From Eubacteriales bacterium (GTDB lineage Bacteria; Bacillota; Clostridia; Oscillospirales; CAG-272): DNA of 64,000 nucleotides. The notes under the pieces are model-generated. The model ran no database searches. It saw only the letters and a program-made list of their open reading frames with translations, and was not told the origin of the DNA. The stretch spans positions 4,941 to 68,940 of the forward strand of contig JAZNZC010000153.1 in the NCBI GenBank assembly GCA_045594745.1. The letters are read 5' to 3'. Below, one piece after another: positions 8,028-17,810 of this stretch. The position numbers were made by a program, and so were the translations under genes. Within the stretch, counting starts at the first letter, position 1, and each line of letters begins with the position of its first letter.

Positions 8028-10130
8028 TTACAGGCAGATTTTTTTCAAAATTTCCTCGTCAATACCGTTTTTGATGGAAACGAAGCCATCGTGCACGGCA
8101 TTTTTGGAAAGCGAGAGGAAAATCCCGCCCGCGTGGTGAAGCGTATCCAAGGCGAAGTCCATCTGCTTTGTTTTCGGTATTTTTGCGCCCGGGCAAAGAA
8201 TAAGGGTTTGCGTTGTCAGGATAGCACGCGAGAGCGCCACAGCATCTTTTTGAGGTTCTGAGAAGAGGGAGACATTCGCTCCGCGGTCTTTCAAGAATGC
8301 GGCAAGCGCCATTGCATTGCTATCGGAGAGGGTGGAAACAATGACGATTTCGGGACGCTCGCAGGCGATGAGGTCTGTGCGTTCGGGAAGCTCAATATCT
8401 GCCTTTGGCAGACGCTTGTATGGGTGTACCTTGCCAATGCAACGCAGAGGGAGAACGTCCTCGGACTCGATCAAGATACACAAGGGGAGCTTATCACCGG
8501 CGGCTGCGGCACCATCCTTTATGACGCAAGTGTGTGTGTCGCTCATTTTGCGAATACCGTCGGTAATCGCTTCACCGACAAGAACACGTGAGGAAAGAAT
8601 CTTTCCCTCATTTGCAAACTTCGTTATTTGATGAAACATTTGTCGCAGGGCAGAAAAATCGGGAAGGCCGTCGGCATCAAGCGCGGGTGAAACAGCATAC
8701 ACAAGAGCGCCTGACTTAGTAAAGGTATTTGCCACTTTCTTTGCTTCCTGTGCCATTGTCCACACCGAGACGGATGGTGTATTTAAGCCTTTAACACCGC
8801 GAACGGATACGCGACCTGCTGTGGCAAGTCCAAGCTCTGTTTGCGCGCGATAAAGACCAAGAACAGCAGACATACATTTACCAACGGTTTTGGCATCACT
8901 CAGATCTTCAGGAAATTCCAAAGCAAGGGAGAGCACTTGATTGCTATACGGTACACCGCACGCGCAAAGCGATGCAGTGGGGGCAAGAATAGTCCAAAGT
9001 GCTGTCTTGTATGGAGCGTTTGCGGGAGCGGAAGATGCCGCCACGCAAGCGGTTGAATTGATGTCTACCACCTCGCCGATCTGCGCAGACATCTCGGGAG
9101 CGAGATAGGTGCACCTGCCACCACCGATTCCGCCAAAGAAAATCACGTCGGGCGACAGGGCAGATTCATCGCCAAGCTTTGCCGAAGTTGCTTTGTAACG
9201 GTTGAGCGTACGTAAAAAGTACGCATCGAGGGCAAATGTTGATTTTTTATCACGTGCAAAAACAAATTGGGGTTCTTTTTTGATCGATGCAAAGGGAAGT
9301 GCCAAAACACTGCCTTTTGCCAAAAGGTTGGCAACAATATTCCATTGATGCGGCGCGACACGCAGAATATAGCATCCGCTAAAGCCATCGCACAAAGTCG
9401 TTGCGGGAACGGAAACCCCAAAGGGAGAGAGTGCGGAGAGTTGAATGAGAACGCCATCCGTCATATCCAAGAGCTGGCGCAAAATACCGCCGTGTCCAAC
9501 GCATGAAACACCTTTTACATATTGCATCAACTCCTTGTCGCGCAAAAGAGCGGAAGTCTTGCGGCGGAATGTGCTAGGTGCATCACCGTCCACGGGAGAC
9601 ATCAAAATCAGTACATCTGCTTCGGCTATTTCTGTGCGGGCAAGCGGGAGCAGACGGAGCCGATAGGTAGAATTCGGAGCGGCAACACAAGAGGCATCGG
9701 GATAGGTGATGCCGTCACGGATATTTTCAACAGAAGGTAATAAATGTGTAGTTACAGTCTCGCCTTTTGCGCGGCGAATATATTCACTTGCCATGCTTGC
9801 TGCCTCGACAAGATTGCAAGGGCGCGAGAGGTTTGGATAGAGCTGCTTACGCTTTTTGAGCAGATCTGCATAGGTGCGAGCCACAAAAGCATCATTTGTC
9901 AAAAGCTCGGTCAAAACTGCAAAAGAGCCATCGCACTCTCGGGCGCTTATCAGCATATCCAACATTTTAAGCTCGTCAACAAAGGGATCGCGCTTGACTT
10001 GATTTTTATAATATGTTCCGCAGAATTTCAGCATTTCGGTAGACATAGAGAGAGAAAGCAGCTCGCGCAGCTTCTCGGCTTGCGGCATACCGATATTTGC
10101 AAAATTGCGAATGACGGAGTGATACGTCAT
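8028..10130 (-). CDS. Large conserved protein with weak AIR-synthase/PurL-like resemblance; function unknown
   Basis: 700 aa from MTYHSV, with SD AGGAGG inside the mtaB 3' end. Two segments resemble PurM/PurL-fold repeats (..GHGGILRQLLDMTDG.., ..GEAITDGIRKMS..) and there is a GATase-like tail. I cannot see the canonical PurL catalytic motifs. Confidence 0.5.
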   Translation of the reverse strand: MTYHSVIRNFANIGMPQAEKLRELLSLSMSTEMLKFCGTYYKNQVKRDPFVDELKMLDMLISARECDGSFAVLTELLTNDAFVARTYADLLKKRKQLYPNLSRPCNLVEAASMASEYIRRAKGETVTTHLLPSVENIRDGITYPDASCVAAPNSTYRLRLLPLARTEIAEADVLILMSPVDGDAPSTFRRKTSALLRDKELMQYVKGVSCVGHGGILRQLLDMTDGVLIQLSALSPFGVSVPATTLCDGFSGCYILRVAPHQWNIVANLLAKGSVLALPFASIKKEPQFVFARDKKSTFALDAYFLRTLNRYKATSAKLGDESALSPDVIFFGGIGGGRCTYLAPEMSAQIGEVVDINSTACVAASSAPANAPYKTALWTILAPTASLCACGVPYSNQVLSLALEFPEDLSDAKTVGKCMSAVLGLYRAQTELGLATAGRVSVRGVKGLNTPSVSVWTMAQEAKKVANTFTKSGALVYAVSPALDADGLPDFSALRQMFHQITKFANEGKILSSRVLVGEAITDGIRKMSDTHTCVIKDGAAAAGDKLPLCILIESEDVLPLRCIGKVHPYKRLPKADIELPERTDLIACERPEIVIVSTLSDSNAMALAAFLKDRGANVSLFSEPQKDAVALSRAILTTQTLILCPGAKIPKTKQMDFALDTLHHAGGIFLSLSKNAVHDGFVSIKNGIDEEILKKICL

Positions 10131-10131
10131 A

Positions 10132-11466
10132 TCATTTACCTCCTTGGTCAATGGTTTTGGGACAAAGCGTGCCCGTGCATTTTTTGCCGTCGTTGCCCGT
10201 GATGTAAACCGTGTGAAGCTGTGATTGTAGAGAATGAGGCGTGGGGCAGGTGACTTCCACAAAGGTGTCGGTGTGTCCCGTCATAATGCCATCTGCATAG
10301 GTTTCAAACAGTACATCCACGGCAGTGTTTGTGTAAGAATCCAAAATCTCTTTTTGGATCTCAGCTTGAACGGCGCTCAATTCGCGCACGCGCTGATGGC
10401 GGATCTCTTCCGGAACCCTTCCGGGCAGTGTTGCGGCAACAGTACCGCGTCTTTCGGAATATGGAAAGACGTGAATCATCAAAAACTTTGCTTTTTTTGC
10501 AAAATCAACAGTCAGCGCAAAGTCTTCCTCAGTTTCACCGGGAAAGCCGACGATAATGTCCGTGGTAAACTGAACACTCGGCATCGCCGCGCGCAGGCGT
10601 TCCATTCCGTCAAGCGCCATTTTGCGGTTATATTTGCGCTTCATCAAGGCAAGAATTTTATCCGATCCGCTTTGCATAGAAAGATGAAAATGCGGTGTCA
10701 GGGATTTCAGCCTTGAGATGCGATCAACAAAATCCTGCTTCATCAAAGAGGGATCAAGCGAGCCGAGACGCACGCGACCTATGTTTGGGATTGCATCTAC
10801 CTCTTCCAAAAGGTCTGCCAAACGGTAGCCGTTATCAAAATCACGTCCGTAAGATGCCGTTTCAATACCCGTTAAAACGACCTCGCGGCATCCACCCTCG
10901 GTAAATGCCCGAACTTCGGCAAGAATATCGGCAGGAGATTTGGAGCGCACCTTTCCACGCGCTTCGGGAATGATGCAATAGGTGCAACGGTTCTCGCAAC
11001 CGTCCTCAATTTTGATGTATGCGCGTGTGCGATCAAATTTTGCGATTTGCATCGTTTCAAATTTGTCAAGAGGCGAAAGGACAATTTCGGCAGATGCATT
11101 TTTGCATCCTTTTTCAAACAAGTTTTCAAGAGCCTCGATTACTTGCAGCTTGCGCCCGTTTCCACAAATGTAGTCAACTCCCGCAATTTTGGAGATCTTA
11201 TCGGAAAACACCTCTGCCATACATCCCGTAACGAGGATATATGCCGCAGGATTGGTCTTGATGACGCGACGGATCAGCTGGCGCGCCTTTCTGTCGGATT
11301 CTGCCGTTACAGTGCAGGTATTGATGATGTAAGCATCGGGGGCCTGTGTAAACGGAACGACCGAAAAGCCACGGGCAATGAGTCCCTCGGCGATAGCTTC
11401 CGATTCATATTGATTGACCTTACACCCGAGGGTGCAAATACCGACGGTTGCGGGAGAATGTGGCAT
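10132..11466 (-). CDS. mtaB: tRNA (N6-threonylcarbamoyladenosine) methylthiotransferase MtaB (MiaB-like radical SAM)
   Basis: Contains TLGCKVNQYESE (UPF0004 domain), the CxxxCxxC radical-SAM cluster (CENRCTYCIIP) and a TRAM-like C-terminus. Start placed at MPHSPAT with a GGAG SD. Confidence 0.85.
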   Translation of the reverse strand: MPHSPATVGICTLGCKVNQYESEAIAEGLIARGFSVVPFTQAPDAYIINTCTVTAESDRKARQLIRRVIKTNPAAYILVTGCMAEVFSDKISKIAGVDYICGNGRKLQVIEALENLFEKGCKNASAEIVLSPLDKFETMQIAKFDRTRAYIKIEDGCENRCTYCIIPEARGKVRSKSPADILAEVRAFTEGGCREVVLTGIETASYGRDFDNGYRLADLLEEVDAIPNIGRVRLGSLDPSLMKQDFVDRISRLKSLTPHFHLSMQSGSDKILALMKRKYNRKMALDGMERLRAAMPSVQFTTDIIVGFPGETEEDFALTVDFAKKAKFLMIHVFPYSERRGTVAATLPGRVPEEIRHQRVRELSAVQAEIQKEILDSYTNTAVDVLFETYADGIMTGHTDTFVEVTCPTPHSLQSQLHTVYITGNDGKKCTGTLCPKTIDQGGK

Positions 11467-11598
11467 AATAATCTCCATTCCGCCGCCACGCGGCGGCACA
11501 ATATAATGATGATGTTTGTATTATCATTATTTTAACACGCTTTTGGAGAAAAGTAAATAAAAAAACGCAAAAAATTACACTGAATTTGCATTTTAGAC

Positions 11599-11627
11599 TT
11601 GAAAAAAGCAAAAAAGAGTTGTATAAT
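11599..11627 (+). promoter_or_regulatory. Putative promoter of upp
   Basis: TTGAAA-17 nt-TATAAT. Confidence 0.55.
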
Positions 11628-11668
11628 GAGGTAGAAAAAGCAATATGCTTGCAAAAGGAGGCAGAACA

Positions 11669-12298
11669 ATGAGTGAATTATTTGTTATGGATCATCCCTT
11701 GATTACCCACAAGCTTTCCATTATGAGAAACAAAAAGACGGGTTCTAAGGATTTTCGTGAGTTACTTGACGAGATCGCAATGCTGATGGGCTATGAATTG
11801 ACGCGTGATCTTCCCACAGAGGATGTCACCATCGAAACTCCCATTACCAAAATGAAGGCAAAAATGATCTCCGGCAAAAAGCTGGCCATCGTACCCATCC
11901 TGCGTGCAGGTCTTGGAATGGTGGACGGTCTGCAACGCCTCATTCCCGTGGCTAAGGTAGGGCATATCGGTCTTTACCGTGATCCCGAAACGCACCTGCC
12001 TGTGGAATACTACTGCAAGCTGCCGCCTGACATTGATGAGAGAATCGTTATCCTTGTTGACCCTATGCTGGCAACGGGTGGCTCTGCTGTTGACGCTTTG
12101 ACAATGCTCAAGGCTCGCGGCTGTAAGCAGATCCGCTTTATGTGCCTGGTTGCCGCTCCCGAGGGTGTTCGCCAAGTACAAGCAAAGCATCCCGATGTCG
12201 ACATTTATGCCGCCGCTCTTGATGATTGTCTCAACGAGCACGCATACATCGTTCCCGGTTTGGGAGATGCAGGCGACCGTATTTTCGGCACACTGTAA
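11669..12298 (+). CDS. upp: Uracil phosphoribosyltransferase
   Basis: [18 protein letters not shown]...ILRAGLGM...DPMLATGGS is the Upp signature. Start placed at MSELF after the AAAGGAGG SD. Confidence 0.93.
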   Translation: MSELFVMDHPLITHKLSIMRNKKTGSKDFRELLDEIAMLMGYELTRDLPTEDVTIETPITKMKAKMISGKKLAIVPILRAGLGMVDGLQRLIPVAKVGHIGLYRDPETHLPVEYYCKLPPDIDERIVILVDPMLATGGSAVDALTMLKARGCKQIRFMCLVAAPEGVRQVQAKHPDVDIYAAALDDCLNEHAYIVPGLGDAGDRIFGTL

Positions 12299-12352
12299 TC
12301 AAACTGAAAAGGAGTGTCGGGGAGCTGAACAAGCTCCCCACATTATGTACAG

Positions 12353-13312
12353 ATGAAAATCTTGGTTGTTGGACACAACGATGCGGGGCAGCGCTTGGAT
12401 AAGTTTTTATCCAAAGCCGTCAAAGGACTGCCGATGTCGTTGATGTACAAATATATCCGCACAAAAAAGATAAAGGTCAACCGCGCCCGCACCGAACAAA
12501 AGTATATGCTTTGCGAGGGAGACGAGATTCAACTCTTCATCAGAGACGAGTTTTTTGAATCTCCCGAGTCCGATCGCGGCGCACTTTTTCGCATTGTTCC
12601 CAAGCTCGATATTGTTTACGAGGATGAAAACATTATGCTCCTCAACAAACGCCCCGGCGTGCTTGTGCACGAGGATACTGCCGCCGCAGAGAACACGCTC
12701 ATTATGCACGTCAAAGCGTATCTTGCACAAAAAGGGGAGTATGATCCCGAGAGTGAGCAATCCTTCGCTCCTGCGCTTTGCAACCGTATCGACCGCAACA
12801 CGGGAGGTATCGTCATTGCCGCAAAAAACGCAGAGGCTTTGCGTGAAATGAATGAGAAGATCCGCAACGATGAGCTTCGCAAATGCTATATTTGTGCCGT
12901 CCACGGTGTTCCGCAAAAAGCGTCTGCTACGCTGACGGGCTATCTCAAAAAGAACAGTGCTGACAATACCGTGGATGTCATTGACACGCCGCGCGCAGGA
13001 TATAAAGAGATCATTACGAAATATCATATTCTCAAAGCGCGCAAGGATGCGGCACTGCTTGAGGTAGAACTTGTTACGGGCAGAACGCACCAAATTCGCG
13101 CACATCTTTCTCACATCGGTCATCCGCTGATGGGAGATGGCAAATACGGTGTCAACAAGGAAGATCGCGCCAAGGGATATAAATTCCAAGCGCTTTATGC
13201 TTATCGGTTGACCTTTCGCAAAACAGAGCGCGAAGGCGCGCTGAAGTATTTAGAAGGAAAGACCTTTTCTATCGATCAAAACGACGTTTGGTTTATCAAA
13301 GATTTCACTTAA
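12353..13312 (+). CDS. RluA-family pseudouridine synthase
   Basis: S4-like N-terminus, catalytic HRIDRNTGG-type motif (CNRIDRNTGGIV) and GRTHQIRAH motif. Confidence 0.85.
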   Translation: MKILVVGHNDAGQRLDKFLSKAVKGLPMSLMYKYIRTKKIKVNRARTEQKYMLCEGDEIQLFIRDEFFESPESDRGALFRIVPKLDIVYEDENIMLLNKRPGVLVHEDTAAAENTLIMHVKAYLAQKGEYDPESEQSFAPALCNRIDRNTGGIVIAAKNAEALREMNEKIRNDELRKCYICAVHGVPQKASATLTGYLKKNSADNTVDVIDTPRAGYKEIITKYHILKARKDAALLEVELVTGRTHQIRAHLSHIGHPLMGDGKYGVNKEDRAKGYKFQALYAYRLTFRKTEREGALKYLEGKTFSIDQNDVWFIKDFT

Positions 13313-13322
13313 GGAGGCGCCT

Positions 13323-14921
13323 ATGTGCGAGCGATATAAAAAAATAGCTTTGCCTGCAATGCTTTTGGGCGTGGCGCTGACGGCACTGACGCTGATCTTT
13401 CCAAAGATCGGTTTTTTGGAATGGATCACGCTCATTCCACTCTTTTTGGGAGCGTTCATTTATTGCGCTGATGAAAAGAGAAGCCTGTGGCGCATCTATT
13501 GGGGCGGATTCTTAACGATCTTTGTTTACTATTTTATCGTTTACCATTGGTTTTTAAGTCTCTATCCGCTTGATTTTGTGGGAATGGACAACGCATCCTC
13601 GGTGGTCGTTGTAGCAGCGGGATGGATCGGGCTTTCGGTTTTGCAGGCCATTCCGGGCGGATTGATCTTTCTTATTTTTAAGCTGTTAGAGCGTGGTGGC
13701 GTTTTTGATCGCACGCCTGCTTTGCGTCCCGTCGTTCTTTCGGCATTGTGGATCGTTTTTGAATGGTCCTCAACATTTGGTTGGACGGGTGTTCCGTGGG
13801 GCAGACTCTGCATCGGGCAAAGTGAATATCTGCCTGTTTTGCAATCTGCATCCTTGCTTGGTCCTTACTTTGTCAGTTTTTTGATCTTGATCGTCAACGG
13901 ACTGTTGGCGTATGCCATTCTCAATTATCAAACGCGGATAAAATCCACACTTTGCGTAAGTCTTGCCGCTGTTATTCTGCTTTCAAACATTCTTTTGGGA
14001 TATGGATTGATGCAAAAGAAGGATGAAGAACGCACAACGGTCAAGGTTGCCGCTATCCAAGGCAATGTCGATATGGACGCAAAAGGTGGTACTCTCAACG
14101 AGCTGCTGCGTGTTTATGGCGATATGACGCGAGAGGCTGCCAAAGATGGTGCCGAGATTATCGTTTGGCCCGAGAGCATATTCCCATATCGAATGAATCG
14201 CTATTCGGTTCTGGAAGAGTTTGTTTCGGATCTTGCTGCCGAGTGCGATGTTACGCTTATCGTTGGCGCGCTTTATGGCGGAGAGGACAAAAAAACCTAT
14301 AACACCTTATATATGGTCATGCCGGACGGCAAAATCTCGGATAATCTCTATCACAAACGCCATCTTGTGCCGTTTGGAGAGTATGTTCCAATGAGAGATC
14401 TGATTATGACGCTCATTCCGCCGCTTGCTGAACTGTCGGCTCTTGACGATGATATGAGCCCCGGAAGCGAGACCGCACTGTTTGTAACCGAATGGGGAAA
14501 GCTTGGTGGACTGATCTGCTTTGACTCCATCTATGAAGAATTGACACGCGCAAGCGCCAAGGATGGGGCAAACCTGATGATGCTCCCGAGTAACGACTCC
14601 TGGTGGTTCACAACATCGGTTGAGACCTATCAAAACGAAACACAAGCGATGCTACGCGCCATTGAAAGTGGACGCTATCTCGTTCGTGCGGGAAATACGG
14701 GCATTTCTTCCATCATTACCGAGCACGGCGAGCACAAGGCTTGGCTCGCACCCGAAACCAAGGGGATAGCTATCTCCGAGGTGGAGATGTGTACACACAC
14801 AACGCTCTACACCCGCATCGGCAATCTGTTTGTTTATTTGTGTATGGTGTTTGTTCTCATATTGTATCCTGTTGATTTTCTTATTAACAAGCATAGGAAA
14901 AAACTATCTAAACCGATTTAA
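13323..14921 (+). CDS. lnt: Apolipoprotein N-acyltransferase
   Basis: Multi-TM N-terminus plus a CN-hydrolase domain. E-K-C triad context: VWPESIF, YHKRHLVPFGEYVP, GGLICFDSIY. Confidence 0.85.
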   Translation: MCERYKKIALPAMLLGVALTALTLIFPKIGFLEWITLIPLFLGAFIYCADEKRSLWRIYWGGFLTIFVYYFIVYHWFLSLYPLDFVGMDNASSVVVVAAGWIGLSVLQAIPGGLIFLIFKLLERGGVFDRTPALRPVVLSALWIVFEWSSTFGWTGVPWGRLCIGQSEYLPVLQSASLLGPYFVSFLILIVNGLLAYAILNYQTRIKSTLCVSLAAVILLSNILLGYGLMQKKDEERTTVKVAAIQGNVDMDAKGGTLNELLRVYGDMTREAAKDGAEIIVWPESIFPYRMNRYSVLEEFVSDLAAECDVTLIVGALYGGEDKKTYNTLYMVMPDGKISDNLYHKRHLVPFGEYVPMRDLIMTLIPPLAELSALDDDMSPGSETALFVTEWGKLGGLICFDSIYEELTRASAKDGANLMMLPSNDSWWFTTSVETYQNETQAMLRAIESGRYLVRAGNTGISSIITEHGEHKAWLAPETKGIAISEVEMCTHTTLYTRIGNLFVYLCMVFVLILYPVDFLINKHRKKLSKPI

Positions 14922-14930
14922 GGAGTAAAA

Positions 14931-15350
14931 ATGGCTATTTGGCAACTGCACTTTCAACTGATTCCCATAGGTGGAACGCTTTATGACTTGGATGCCTTAT
15001 TGAGTGATGCGTCCATCTCCATTCTAACCGCTGAATTACCTGAAGCTGTGAGTTGGAGTGACGAGGATAAATTGTTTGGTGATTTGGATGCCACCTGTGT
15101 GGAAATTGCTTTTTATCATTCGATGATTGATGAAATTTCCGTTCGATTGGACATTAGAAGCTTATCAAAAAAGCAATTAGATGCTATCACTGGATTTGCA
15201 CTCTTTAACAACCTTAAAATTCTATACAACGAAAAAACAATAGACGCTACTGCAGATAATGTATGCACAATGATTCGCCAATCTGATGCACTTCGCTTTT
15301 TAGAGAATCCTCAACATTTTTTAACAGAATTATCTGAAACTAATAAGTAA
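14931..15350 (+). CDS. Hypothetical protein (AT-rich singleton)
   Basis: 139-aa ORF with a good SD (TAAGGAG). Visibly more AT-rich than its neighbours. No recognisable motif. Confidence 0.55.
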   Translation: MAIWQLHFQLIPIGGTLYDLDALLSDASISILTAELPEAVSWSDEDKLFGDLDATCVEIAFYHSMIDEISVRLDIRSLSKKQLDAITGFALFNNLKILYNEKTIDATADNVCTMIRQSDALRFLENPQHFLTELSETNK

Positions 15351-15363
15351 AAGGCTAAAAGGA

Positions 15364-15387
15364 GCCGCCTCGTTTTTGCGAGGCGGC
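15364..15387. terminator. Bidirectional hairpin terminator
   Basis: GCCGCCTCG-ttttt-CGAGGCGGC between convergent genes, with a T-rich 3' flank. Confidence 0.7.
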
Positions 15388-15395
15388 ATCTTTGA

Positions 15396-16400
15396 TTATT
15401 TTTTCGATTTTTCGTTTGCCAACGGGTTTTGTGCCATTGCTTTTTCAATGTCAGCATTGGAAACGTGCGTGTAGATCTGCGTAGTGTTGAGCTGTTCGTG
15501 ACCGAGAATTTCCTTGAGTACGCGAACGTCCACGTTGCCCGATTGATACATAAGTGTTGCGGCGGTGTGGCGGAGCTTATGTACCGAATAATGCTTTGAT
15601 TCAAGTCCTGCAAGCTTGAGGTACTTGTAAACCATTGCCTGCACGGTTTTAACGCTCATTCTTTGCTCCAAACGGCTCAAAAAGACCGCCTTTGTGCTAA
15701 CGTGTGCATATTTTTGACTCATGCGGGTGATGAGATAATCGGTCAGAGCCGCTTGGCAAGCATCGTTGAGGTAAATAACACGCTCCTTGCTTCCTTTACC
15801 CATAACACGTAGGGAAGTGAGGTCTGAGTCGATGTCCTTGATGTCAATGCCAACAAGCTCGGAAAGACGCATTCCGCAGTTGAGGAAGAGCGTGAGAATT
15901 GCATAGTCGCGCTTACGAAATTTCGATTCCTTATCGTTATCAACCGCCGCCAAAAGGCGCATCGATTCGTTGAGCGTGAGCACCTTGGGGAGCGTTTTTT
16001 GTGCCTTGGGAGAGTCAATGTCGGTGGTGGGATTGTATTCGAGATAGTGCCGCTTGTTTACCAAATATTTATATAGCGAGCGAATGGCAGAAAGCTTTCG
16101 CGCACGCGCGCACCATTTGTTTTCGCGGTCGTCGGTTACGTAGGCGAGATAGTCGTAAAGATCCTCGGCGCGAATCTTTCCAAGCGCTTCCAAACCAATG
16201 CTCTTGACGTCAATTTTGAAAAACTCCTCGGATTGGAAGGGAATATCATTTTCTCTTGCTATGAGATAGCGAAAAAAGGTGCGCAGATCCAGCAGATATT
16301 CATCCACCGTCTTTTGAGAGCACCCTTGAATGGTTCGCTTATACGATGCGTATTCTTGAATGAGGGAAGAAAATTCACTCTTTGAAATAATGTTTGCCAT
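15396..16400 (-). CDS. Tyrosine site-specific recombinase, XerC/XerD family
   Basis: 334 aa. SAM-like N-domain plus a catalytic C-domain with HKLRHTAAT...LGHEQLNTTQIYTHV (R-H-R-Y context). Confidence 0.8.
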   Translation of the reverse strand: MANIISKSEFSSLIQEYASYKRTIQGCSQKTVDEYLLDLRTFFRYLIARENDIPFQSEEFFKIDVKSIGLEALGKIRAEDLYDYLAYVTDDRENKWCARARKLSAIRSLYKYLVNKRHYLEYNPTTDIDSPKAQKTLPKVLTLNESMRLLAAVDNDKESKFRKRDYAILTLFLNCGMRLSELVGIDIKDIDSDLTSLRVMGKGSKERVIYLNDACQAALTDYLITRMSQKYAHVSTKAVFLSRLEQRMSVKTVQAMVYKYLKLAGLESKHYSVHKLRHTAATLMYQSGNVDVRVLKEILGHEQLNTTQIYTHVSNADIEKAMAQNPLANEKSKK

Positions 16401-16483
16401 ACCATTCCTCCGCGTTACTACCTTAATTATACAACATATATTGCTGTTTTAGTTGATAAATTGTAAATTTTTGCGATATATAG

Positions 16484-16512
16484 TTGCATTTGAGTGGAAA
16501 ATTCGCTATACT
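16484..16512 (+). promoter_or_regulatory. Putative promoter
   Basis: TTGCAT-17 nt-TATACT. Its position excludes the ORF-track start at 16494. Confidence 0.5.
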
Positions 16513-16541
16513 ATATGCAAATACACAAGCGAGGTGGTAAA

Positions 16542-17132
16542 GTGAAAGGCTTTTTCAAAAATCATTCCTACGATATGGTAACCATGCTGCTCAACCAAAT
16601 AGCCATCTCAATGTTTGGATTTACTTTGGTTCTGGCGGCAATGAAAATTGATAACGACACTCTGCGCAATGTTACGAGTATTCTTTCTATCCTGTTTTAT
16701 CTTGTACTTTTGTACATCAAGGCTTGGGACATTGGATTTAAGGATAAAGTATCGGTAGAGCAGGGGAAAAAGACTAACAATCCGTATCGCGGTGCGCTGA
16801 TATCTTTGTGCGCCAATTCCATCAACTTTTTGTTGGCAATCTTCGTTATGCTGCGTGCGCTGTTGCCAAACATTTCCATCATCGATTCTATCGGTGGTGT
16901 AGCACAGGCGATTTGTATGTTCGCACAGGGAATGTATGCAGGTATTCTTGTCAATACCGTGGGCGGTGCGCCTCTCAATTCTTATTGGTTTTCTTATTTC
17001 TTAACTCCGATCCCCGCTATTTTGATCAGTGGATTGGCGTATTATCTTGGCTTACACGACGTAAAGCACACGGGATTCTTCCATAAAAACCAGTATCCCG
17101 AAAGTGACCGCGAACCCAAGAGAAAGGACTAA
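16542..17132 (+). CDS. Hypothetical polytopic membrane protein
   Basis: About 5 predicted TM helices. GTG start after a GAGGTGG SD and downstream of the promoter. No family recognised. Confidence 0.6.
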   Translation: MKGFFKNHSYDMVTMLLNQIAISMFGFTLVLAAMKIDNDTLRNVTSILSILFYLVLLYIKAWDIGFKDKVSVEQGKKTNNPYRGALISLCANSINFLLAIFVMLRALLPNISIIDSIGGVAQAICMFAQGMYAGILVNTVGGAPLNSYWFSYFLTPIPAILISGLAYYLGLHDVKHTGFFHKNQYPESDREPKRKD

Positions 17133-17134
17133 CT

Positions 17135-17764
17135 ATGATTGAAAATCTGATTTTTGACCTTGACGGAACCATTGTCAATTCCTATCCGCTTTTCATTGAA
17201 TCTTTTATCGCCGCATGCAAGAAAAACGATATTGACGTACCCGAAGATCGCAATGCTGTTTATCGACTGCTCAAAATCACCGTTCCGGATGCGTATCGTA
17301 TTCTTGGCGGTGAAGAAAAGGTAGAATATGACCGCTTCTATGCAGATTACGTCGAAACCTATTCCAAAGATTACAGAAACCAACCGGGATTTGCACAAAC
17401 GATTGAACTCATCCAAAATGCCAAAAAAGCAGGGAAAAAGAACTATATTTATACCCACACAGGCCCCGTCGCAAAAGAGGTTTTGGCAAACATCGGCATT
17501 TTAGGCGATTTTGAATTCGTGTTAGATGCTTCCTATCCGTTCCCGATGAAGCCCGCGCCCGATGCTCTTCTGTTCTTGGCAGAGCACTGCGGACTCGACC
17601 CCAAAACTTGCCTGATGATTGGCGACCGCCCGATCGATGCCATTGCCGGAATGAATGCCGGAATGTACGGTTTTTTGTGGGATGAGGACGATCTTTATCC
17701 CGACGCAAAGGTTGATTATCGCTGCAAGGATATCACCGAGGTTGCTAAAATTGTTTGTATATAA
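17135..17764 (+). CDS. HAD-superfamily hydrolase (phosphoglycolate-phosphatase-like)
   Basis: Motif I FDLDGTIV and a distal GDRPIDAIAG (motif IV). Confidence 0.8.
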   Translation: MIENLIFDLDGTIVNSYPLFIESFIAACKKNDIDVPEDRNAVYRLLKITVPDAYRILGGEEKVEYDRFYADYVETYSKDYRNQPGFAQTIELIQNAKKAGKKNYIYTHTGPVAKEVLANIGILGDFEFVLDASYPFPMKPAPDALLFLAEHCGLDPKTCLMIGDRPIDAIAGMNAGMYGFLWDEDDLYPDAKVDYRCKDITEVAKIVCI

Positions 17765-17771
17765 ACAAAAA

Positions 17772-17801
17772 GGACAGAGACGAAAAATCTCTGTTCTTTT
17801 T
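17772..17801. terminator. Bidirectional terminator between the HAD gene and ychF
   Basis: GGACAGAGA-cgaaaaa-TCTCTGTTC with A-run and T-run flanks. Confidence 0.7.
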
Positions 17802-17810
17802 GATTTGCAA

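Noticed and set aside
12319-12339. Perfect 8-bp hairpin GGGGAGCT-gaaca-AGCTCCCC between upp and the rluA-family gene
   Set aside because: No U-tract follows it and it sits only 14 nt before the next start codon. It is probably a weak structural element or a coincidence, with insufficient evidence for a terminator or regulator call.
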